A stretch of 64,000 nucleotides of DNA from assembly GCA_977016875.1 (NCBI GenBank), contig CDRNST010000096.1, positions 620,001-684,000 of the forward strand. The letters run 5' to 3'. The notes under the pieces were generated by a model that saw nothing but the letters and a program-made list of their open reading frames with translations, ran no database searches and was not told the DNA's origin. The position numbers and the translations under genes are program-made. Shown one piece after another: positions 51,212 to 60,580 of this stretch (positions within the stretch are counted from its first letter, which is position 1; every line of letters starts with the position of its first letter). The stretch is from Pavona decussata. Taxonomy: Eukaryota.

Positions 51212-52186
51212 AAATGATTTATTCCTACAAATCAAAACTGTACAATTACATATGTATGCAGACGATGGTCAACTCTACACCGCCGATATGGATCTGGTAC
51301 GGTGCGTCTCTCGCATGAGGTAAGCTCAGCAAATGCCTTGTACGAGATCAATGGAATGATAGCAAATCCCAGCAAACACCAAGGGATGATACTAGGAAAA
51401 ACTGACCATCAGTTTAATTTCTCAGTAAATGACTCAATGTAACTTTTCGGCGTTACAATTGATAAAGATCCTACATTTAAGCAACATGTGTCCTCTATAT
51501 GTAACAATCAGTTTAGCGTTATGACAAGGTTTGGCAAACTGATGTCTACTGAGACCATGCTCCGTCTTTATAAGGCATTTATACTTCCTCACTTTTATTA
51601 TTGTTCTATGGTGTGGCATTTCTCTAGTAAACAAGATTCTAATAAACTGGACCTATTAAACAAACGTATTCTTCGATTTATTTTCAAGGATTTTAACTCT
51701 GAGTACAATAATTTACTTAAAAAGGCAGGAACTGCAAACTTTAAGGACAAGCGTTTACAAAACATAATTCTAACTATTTTTAAATGTCTTCATTTTAAAA
51801 GATATGTTTCATTTACGCTCTAGCACCTATTTTTTAAGAGGACATAGTATAATCTGTTTGCCCAAACCACTGACCACTTCTTATGGTATCAATTCCTTTA
51901 GTTACTTGGCAGCAACATCGTGGAATTCTCTTCCTGACCATTACTGCACTATTTCTGATTTTACTTCTTTTCAACGACTGATATCTACTGGGAACAATAA
52001 TTTACTTAAAAGGGCAGGAACTGCAAACCTTTCTACATCATGATAATTTACAAGTTAGTTGTCTAGGTAGTAAGTTATCTTATTTGTTATATAGAATTAA
52101 CTTTTTATTATAATTATTTATCAATGTAGTTGGCTCGAAGATATTAGCACTTCAGTGCTACACTGTAAATTCGAGGGTAAATAAAT

Positions 52187-52218
<32 letters not shown>
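51212..52218 (+). mobile_element. 5'-truncated CR1/L2-type LINE with (ATTG)n tail
   Basis: INDL..LHMYADD, LYKAFILPHF.YC.VW, GINSFSY..WNSLP. AATAAA followed by an ATTG microsatellite at 52190-52218. Confidence 0.85.
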
Positions 52219-52219
<1 letters not shown>

Positions 52220-52284
52220 CTTGTCATACACCTTTCTCGAGTCTAGAAAACGGAGCTTAGGATTTCCTTGAATTTTGTCTTTAA

Positions 52285-52889
52285 AGTGCCCCTAACCCTT
52301 CAATTTGTTTTCTTTTGGTAGATTTCCATATGTGTGAAAAACTCATTTTCGAAATTTTTTTTTAGAAATATTGAATCCTTTTTATTTTACGAGCACTAAA
52401 AGTTACTGAAATTTTTAAATTTTTGCGCGCTTTCAGCCCCGCTGGACAAATGTTTGTCTCGTGGGCTCATTAGGAACGAGCCAATGAGAAGCGTCTGATG
52501 TTTGACACTTTCTTAGCTGTGACGTAAGAACAGGACACCAGAAGGATTCAGAAGGAATCTTATGCACGCTGATTCCTTTCTCTACATTTCGAGAGTTGCT
52601 GCATCCCAAAACCACACATTCTTTAACCATTTTCTCTGTTTACAATTGAAGCATTACCCCGAATCTTCAGATATTTTTGCACGATGTCCTTTTCTTACGT
52701 CACGCTCCATATTTGGCCGAGTGGGGGACTAATGCGAACGATAGGTGAAAATATTGACAAGACTGCCTTCACTTCTAGTGCTCGTAAAAAGAAAAAGATT
52801 CAATATTTCTCAAAAATTGTTTCGAAAATGAGTTCTTGAAAGATATGGAAATCTACCAAAAGAAAACAAATTGAAGGGTTAGGGGCACT
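52285..52889 (-). mobile_element. Kolobok non-autonomous element with THAP-domain stub
   Basis: TTAA TSD; first 46 bp of the TIR perfect (AGTGCCCCTAACCCTTCAATTTG...), imperfect to ~120 bp. ORF 52433-52630 begins MVKECVVLGCSN..GISVHKIP (THAP start). Confidence 0.9.
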
Positions 52890-55865
52890 TTAACGACTGT
52901 CATACTTTCCAATTTCGCTTTAATTTTCTCTGCAAAGAGATCTTTTAAGGCAATAACATCTTCTTTCCAGACTATACGTGCCTTGGATCCTACAGCACCT
53001 GAATCCTCACGGTCAATTTCCGGAACGTCGTCATCACAACTTGTGCTGGTGACTTGTGTATGTTGTACCGTTTTGTTTGCTTCAGATCTCATAATGTGAG
53101 GAAGCTTACTTGCCGCTTGTAGACACGCCTCTTGCTTCTCCTTTAGTCGATAACATGTCCAAGCGGTGGTCTCCTTATGCGCCATTAGATCAGCCAAATC
53201 TGATTTCATTTCTTCATGCATATGCTAATTGTGCACATTTGTGAAGGCAGACTTTCAAAATAAAGTTAAATCCAACACCTGGCTTCGTACTTCATTGATG
53301 AACTGACTTTCAAATATGTGAACAAACTTGATGGTGATAACACTGCGTGCGCTAGGCCATGAGTATCAGCAGTCTTATGGCTTTTGACACGTATCACGAA
53401 GCTACCCTTCGCTTTTTTTGCTTGACAGTATTCGTCAAGGGTCATATTGGATAACACACCAGATCGATGTGCATTTGCAATCATGAAATTTAGGAGAAGA
53501 AAATCTCTGACGAGAATGAAGATGGATTGATTAATTTGCAAAAATGCTCTCCACTTGAGTTGTTCTATATATGAAATAGTGCTCCATGCTGACTCCTGCG
53601 TTCAAACTCATTGACCACCTCAGGAGTTTCAAGGTTGACGAGATCGGTGCTCATCTTTCCTAGATGCCTCCGTTTACTGTCCTTTTTGTATGGCATAGAC
53701 CAAAGGCGTGCTTTCTCTCTGGCCCATTTGGCAGACAATAGCAGAACTGAAAACCACGCTGCTAGATTTCTCAGCAACCATGCACGTACGAACAGAAATG
53801 CCTTAAACTGAGAAGATAAGCTTTCACAGTTTCAGCTGTATACTTCTTTTCGGCGTCCTTCAAAAATGAGTCCCGAATTAGAGTCTTATCAAACAGTGAG
53901 CTCTGCTGCTTTTGGGGTCAATTATTTCCAGAATACGCAACACCTGTGACGCATGTTGCTTAGATAACTTTTTATCCTTTCTACACTTTTATCCTTTCTA
54001 CCACGAGGCTGCTTTTGGGTCCTATCATTTGAGACCTGAGAGTACAATCTGTCATGTGCAGTGTCACCAGTGAAAATTGACACCTTTGGAAAACAGTTAA
54101 ATCAACACTTCATAAAACGTGATGCTAATATTTTGAAAACGCGTTTTTGCTGTCATTATCCACACATTTGATGACAATTTGTTTGAAGCCTCCAGATTTG
54201 AAATACAACGAATGGCCAGAACACATGTTTATTTACCTGTTCTTTTCTTGATGTCTTCTCAAAAGCGGCTTCAAGTATGCCTCATGAAATGTCAGTCCAT
54301 GACGTCAGTTCAATGTTATGACCGTCTGTTACTGACACTATGCCAAAAATATCTCACTTTTCATTTATTGTTAATCATTGTCGACCAACACCAGCTTTTA
54401 CAAACTTTGAAGTACATCAAAACTATAATTTTCATAATCGTTGTCAGGAAAACACCCTTTTCTTCCTGGCTTGGTTTGAATAGCATTTAATTTTTATCAT
54501 TTGTCTGGGTTGTATGTATTGTTAAAATGCCTTGCACAGCAAAGGGTATTATTAAATTCTTATATGGTGTAAAGACATTTCGATTGACGTCTTTTGCTTG
54601 CTAAAGGTAACGATAGATTGTTAGGGGCTTAATCTAGAATAATGTAGGAGACGTGTTTGATTGCCCGTCTGATTAGCTCTTATTAAATACCGGATATAAA
54701 AGGGCGGAAAAAGAGCTGTAATATAGTTTTTTCAAGTTAAAAAGCTTTGAAGCTCAAGTAAATTTTTTCTGCCCACACGTACATCAACAATTGCGTCAAG
54801 GTTGGGACCGTTGTGAAAGCACTCTAAAACTTTTCCGAAAAAGCAGGATCAGCGATAAATTGCGATTAACTTCATAAAAACAAAATTAGGATTAACCACC
54901 TCCATGTAATAGTAGTGAGCAAAATTAGACTTTTCTGCAAAATCTTTTGAAGACGTTAATCCTTCTGTTTTTAAATAGGGCACTTTTGTCACGCGGACTA
55001 CCGGTAGATGCAAAAAGGCCGAGAACAGAAGAGTAATTTGTTTCTTGCAGTTTAATAAGATTTTAAAGCTTGAGTAATATCTCAGCTCTTAGAGTACTTT
55101 AAGAATTGCGTCAAGTTTGGGACCGTTGCAAAAGTGCCCAAAAATGTTTTCGAAAGAATAAGCCAGTAAATCTGCCATAAAAAGCCCACAAATTAATTTG
55201 GAATTAACGGTGTCCATGTAAATATATTGGGACAATTTGAATTTTTTTGAAAAGCGTTCGAAGACACACTGATTCTTCCGTTTTTTGCTCCGTTTCTAAA
55301 TAGGGCACTTTTGTAACTCAGACTAACGGTAGAAGCCCACAATAAAAAAAGAAATTGAAAATAAAATAATGAATGGCTATTTCCTACAAAGTTTGATTTG
55401 GAAAATAAGGCTGGAGTGTTGCTGTAGATGTTTCAACCCTTTTGATCTCGAAAGTTTGCCTATTTTAAAAATTATCGACCAAAGCGTCAAAATTCATGTT
55501 GCGTTGATTTTTGATGTCAAGAAAAGGTCACAAGTCTATGAAGATGCATATGAACTCGTGCGATTTTTGACTCAAAATTTTTGTGAAGAGATTAAATTTT
55601 GGAAAGCGAGAGAAAGCAAAGAAAAAGTCTAAAAGACTGGATATCATGTTAGCCACGGAAAAACGAACGAAAATTGTGTTAATTTGGGCTTTCAAGGCGT
55701 AGGGCACTTTTGCTGCCGGTATGGAAGAAGAAAAAATCGTATGTAATTTAACTTCAATGGTGAGCAGGTATGGTTATAATACATTGAATTTTCTTCATTT
55801 ATTCGTCAGGAAAATGTCAACCAACGCATTTTGTTGAAGTTATAAACGAGAGACTTGAAAGTGAT

Positions 55866-55917
55866 AAAAGTGCCCGACTTTCAATATTTAGAGAGAGAGA
55901 GATTGAAGGGGACTTTT
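55866..55917. other. Right-end/left-end junction of two YR units (att-site-like)
   Basis: AAAAGTGCCC-gact-TTCAAT-attt-(AG)6-ATTGAA-GGGGACTTTT: inverted repeats around an AG spacer. Confidence 0.75.
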
Positions 55918-58900
55918 GTAACGCCAAATCAGGCACTTATGTAATGTTAGGGCACTTATGTAGCGTTCGAGCACTTTCCTTATTAAGTCTTTAGCATGCT
56001 GATGGACACTTATTAAACTTTCGGTGAGCCATGTTTTACTTGTCAAAATTGATCTTATGAACTTATCTTGCGTGTTTACAAATTATGAAGCGTAGCATTC
56101 AACAAAAGGTCCACGTATACTTAAAGTACCGGTGTGCTGTCGTGTTTACAACATTTGTAACTAGTTTGGGACACTAGTTGTTACTATTACCCGTAAATAT
56201 AGGTCCAATTTATAAACAGGTTCGCTTTACATATAGGGACGTTTTTACAATGACCATCCGTAACGCCGCTATGTGTAAAGTGCCCCTATATTTAAGGTAA
56301 CATGAACTAGGGGCTCCCTGATCTAAAAAAAAAAAAAGCAGTCGTGGTTTTCAATATTTAGACTGGTGGTACTCTTTCCGAATTTAAGCTGCTTAAATAG
56401 ATTAATACCCATGGCTTATGTGTGTGAAACCACTGATTTATTTTCCCGAGTCGCCTATATATATATTGTAAGAAAACCGCATGTTGCCTCCATACGTATG
56501 TAAAGTACGTAACCTAAAAGCTATTCTGGCTACTACACTTGATGTGCTTTCGTAACTATCGCACATAATTAATGTTTCCTGTTTGCTACTGAAGAGAAGA
56601 GATTTTGCCAAAAAAAACCCTAGGACTATACCTAACCCTATCACATCTCTAAATCGATAATCATGAAGAATGTCTTTGCATTTGTGTACATAAATATTAA
56701 GTGACACAAGTTGCATTTAAAAAATTAAGGCGCCTGCATTTATGGTCCTGAATCCCAAGTGCTGGCATACATATGAGCTGGCCCCACCTTTGGCCATTCG
56801 TGTTTTTTTAATAATGTCGTGAATGCCCCACGGTGGGGCCAGCTCACCACACACCAAAATATGGACCGAGACTCGCATTACAAAAGTACGGAGAGGCCTT
56901 GAATTCTAGGCAAAGGGATTAAGCATGCTTGGGTTGGAGTCGGCAAGGCTCAGGTTAACTTAAATCAAATCAAAATCGTCCTTATATGTAAAGCCCCTTT
57001 GTGTTAAGCCCCATTCGCGAATCACTAGTCTACTTTCCTTTAAATCATGAAACCACGTATATTTTTAGACCATTTCCCTGATCACGTATTTACTATACAT
57101 TCTTGAAGAAAGTCTCAATATCTCAGGCGAGCTCACAGTAACGCGTAGGGCCAGAGAGAACATGCCTCCATACAAGATTAATCTTTGGCTTTATGATCTA
57201 GGACATTTGTCAAGTTTGGTTTACTACCGTAAATTGATTTTGAGTACGCAATTTTTCTTTAGCGGTTTTCATGTGTCACGCTATGGTTCTGTTTGTATCA
57301 CACGTCACTCTGAACATATAACCCTAACCTGCTATCACCTGCTAGAAAAAGGACGCCTGTCCACTGGTTAGCTTTACCCCTTTACCATCCTGCATCTCAC
57401 CTAACATCACTAACCGCAGGAAATGGTTTTCATTTACGAGCCGGCAAATTCAAGGTTAAGAAGTTAAATCAATTCCCAGTTTCAAAACACAATTCTATAC
57501 CGCCAAAACAATGCCTCCTTTGAGGGTCCGCATCCTGCAGTTATATCTTTGTGACATCCACATTCAAACAAACTTGCGGTGAAAGATTGCATGACAATCC
57601 CAAACAGCTTCTGCGTAGGTTACCTCGAGTGGGGGATTTAAGTCCACATGGAAATTTTTCCACATTCACCCATTACTCCCCATCAGACGTGATTAGTGGA
57701 TTTAAGATAGAATAATCCAATGCCCAAGATAGAACAAAAAAAACCTCCAATAGCGTTACCCAATCCATGCTATTGTGCGATTATTGCCACTCAATTTGAT
57801 GATAATCGTTTTTTGGTATTTAGTAGTAAATTAACATCTTATTTAAATACTTGCCTTCATCAACAGTTCATTTAAAATACTTTCATAAACATCTCATTTA
57901 TGGCAAGAAGCCCAATTTCTTTTCTAAAATAGTTAAACATCTCTTCATCAATGTTTCGTTTAAAATATTTTCAAAATGAAACAAATAAATATCTCATAGT
58001 AGAAAGTCCAACTTATTTAAAATACTTTCTTTCATGAACGCTTCATTGAAATTATTTTAAAAAACATGTCATTTATAGCAAAAAACCTATCTTATCAGAA
58101 ATAATTTCAGAAACATCTCATTTACAGCAAGGAACCTAAGCGTGTGACCACTTTAATTAAATAAGTCTAGTTCTTTTATGCATGCAGACCATCTGAACAT
58201 AAGGCAGGGACAGCTAATTTTGGTTTATGATTGGATGGCACGCCCACACAAAAGAATGAGAGTTAACTAAAGGTCACCCTCTTTGGTCCCTAAATTGCTG
58301 TAAAATACTAATACAATTTAAACTGTTCACAATGCTACAAAAAAATGTGGCCATACACGTAAAAGAGAAACATCTTCTAAATGGGCCAGGTAACCTTGGC
58401 TAGCCCAGTTTCCTATATCTCCCCTCGATAAAATTTATTTTGTACAAATTTTGTTGTGTTCATATAAGGAGGAAAACTAGCGCAGTTGCCGAGTAACTGG
58501 GCTGGAAATTTTACCATATGAACACTCCAGCAAGGTTATTAGGATGACAGTTATTGTTCAACATAAACATGCATTTCTACAAAATAATGGTAAGCCAGTG
58601 TTAGATTACAGTGAACTCTCTCTAACTCTCCCAACTAGTTCCATAAGGAATGTATGGCCAATGAAAATAATTTTTATCTTGACATTAGGACTTACTACAA
58701 CATCAAATTCTCCCAACTAGTCCTATAAGGAATGTACTGCCAAGATCAAAAAACCTCAATCAATGTTTTCAGTTTCGATTCTTCCTCAAGATTACATCAT
58801 TTGTTTAAATTTGTATCAGAGTGAAGACAATCTAAGGTTTGGTTGACTTGCATTTACATACTAACCCTTCCTCTATACTAGCCTATTTCTTGCTGAGGAA

Positions 58901-58927
58901 TGGCAAAATAAAGCATGTTAGCTTCCT

Positions 58928-59338
58928 TGTGGATTCCCCTACATTTTTTGTGGATTTCCCTACCTTTTGTGGACTTCCCTACTTTCTTTGTGGATTCCCC
59001 TACATTTTTTGTGGATTTTGCTACCCTTTGTGGATTTCCCTACTTTAGCCTTTAAGGAGGCTGTGGATTTCCCTACCTTGATTTTTTAAGTTGAAAATGT
59101 TGGCTTTTTATGCGGGGTTTGCCTTCTAAATCGTTCTAATCTATTGTTAAGGAGACTCTATTTATGAATAATGCTGTTAGAAGGTTTAAAAAGATTTAAT
59201 TTTTTTTTAAGTTTTTGGCCGCCATCTTGGATTGGCGGCCATGTCGGATTTCTGTTGTTAGTCATAGTCTCTAAAACTTACTTGTGGATTTCCCTACTTT
59301 TTTGTGGATTACCCTACCTTTTTTGTGGATTTCCCTAC
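58928..59338. repeat. Ten copies of TGTGGATTTCCCTAC, probable subterminal array of YR element 5
   Basis: Copies at 58928, 58949, 58968, 58989, 59010, 59029, 59062, 59283, 59303 and 59324; mostly 19-21-bp spacing. Confidence 0.85.
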
Positions 59339-60339
59339 ATTTGAGAAGTTGACTTTTGTCTTAGTTTAACTTTCAATTACTCATGTGCATTACGTTGTTT
59401 CTTATTAATTTTTTTTTCATGCACGCATTGATGCATTGACTACAGTTTGCACGTAGTTTTTTAATTTGTTTTAAAAATGTTTTAAAGCTATAATTTTTTT
59501 AGGACACGACTGTTTTACTGGTACTTTAGACTGCTTCTTAAGGTATGTATCATACTTTTGAACTTTTTCACTTTGAAAGGATTTATTCCTTTAAGCTAAA
59601 ATTTGGGGGAGGTACAGGATGAAGAAAGGGAATGTCAGGAAATATAAATATCTTTTATAACAACTGCGTTTATCGGGTCTTTTACAACTTTTATTTATTT
59701 CTTTAAGACTTTGATGCCGACCTTAAAATTGGTTATGGTTAAACTATAGCCAATCACCGAGCTTTAAAGCTGGCAAGATGTCACTTGCATGGTTTACTAT
59801 TGAAATAGTTATCTATGGAATAAGTGAAAGAAATAGTTTACAGTTTACGTTCGATCGTTCAACTCTGACATTTGAAAGTTAGGCTTGGTTTTTCGTCAAA
59901 AGGGTTGACTATAGACTTGGCTTGAAACTTTAAACTCTCCAAAACCTTCATTTTAGTTTGAAAACATTGAGAAATGATATTTGGCAATGTTTCAAGAGTG
60001 ATTTTGGTTTCCTGGTCCCCCCCTTGTACTTCATTGACGAATAACAAGGGTATTATCCTGAGACTGAGATAGTTGAGACACCTGCTTACTTCGTGGGGCA
60101 ATCCCCGGGGGTTGAGTACCCCAGCTCATGTTTGATCCCAGACGAAGTTTAACAGTCACCATATCACAGCCTTTCAGGGGGTATCATCGGGTAACCAACC
60201 CGACTCATTGTCGCCAGGATAGCATCATCTGTTGATGAAATTAGCTCACAAGTCTTGAGGGGTGTCATGGGGGAACCGTCCCCACTCATTGTTGCCAGGA
60301 TTGTATCTTGTTGATACGGTTCCCTGGTCCCCCCCTTCC

Positions 60340-60580
60340 CTTTTTTTTGTATTTTTTTTTTAATTTTTTCAGTCACCGTCCAGTTTTTTTTTTTTTTTTT
60401 TTTTTGTATTTTTTTTTTTGCCCAGTCACCGTCCAGGGTTTTTTTTTTTTTATTTTTTTTTCCAGTCACCGGCCAGTCTTTTTTTTTCTATTTTTTTCAG
60501 TCACCGTCCAGGTTTTGTTTTGTTATTTTTCCAGTCACCATCCAGGCTTCTTTTAACAACTTTTGTTTTAAGTCACTGTT
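60340..60580. repeat. CAGTCACCGTCCAG units separated by poly-T tracts
   Basis: 5 clear copies plus 1 degenerate copy, directly 3' of the YR5 stop codon. Confidence 0.85.

Larger units (their letters stand above)
50819..54005 (-). pseudogene. Tyrosine recombinase (Crypton-like) copy 4, heavily decayed
   Basis: SKQHASQ, ARLWS..YKKD, RDFL..NAHRSG, SHKTADTHG, TLF*KSA, LMAHKETTAWTCY, NRLKYER. Interrupted by a LINE and a MITE; their removal restores MTVVKDKIQGNPKLRFLDSRKVYDKILSEWR. Confidence 0.9.
10484..56359 (-). mobile_element. Head-to-tail array of Crypton-like (CryptonV-like) YR elements: unit A 10484-~47691 (two YR genes), unit B ~47834-55889, short non-coding unit C 55902-56359
   Basis: Shared left-end signature (10484, just after the gap at 47834, 55902) and right-end signature TTTCAATATTT|AGA (55879-55892, 56349-56362). 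An inverted repeat motif GTGCCCTA abuts the gap at 47684-47691. YR genes are co-oriented; no long TIRs, LTRs or element-encoded RT. Confidence 0.65.

Noticed and set aside
52285-52305. Kolobok TIR AGTGCCCCTAACCCTTCAAT resembles the YR end motif
   Set aside because: It has its own TTAA TSD, long TIR and THAP stub, and lies inside the YR4 coding region; treated as coincidence.
38057-54490. Possible homology between peptides at ~38340 (GTVTSITSGRNLEFEQW) and ~54340 (GIVSVTDGHNIELTSW)
   Set aside because: The similarity is too short, and alternative frames are equally plausible.
56400-58900. Short palindromes and AT-rich degenerate repeats
   Set aside because: Likely decayed MITEs or low-complexity DNA; ends and TSDs cannot be defined.
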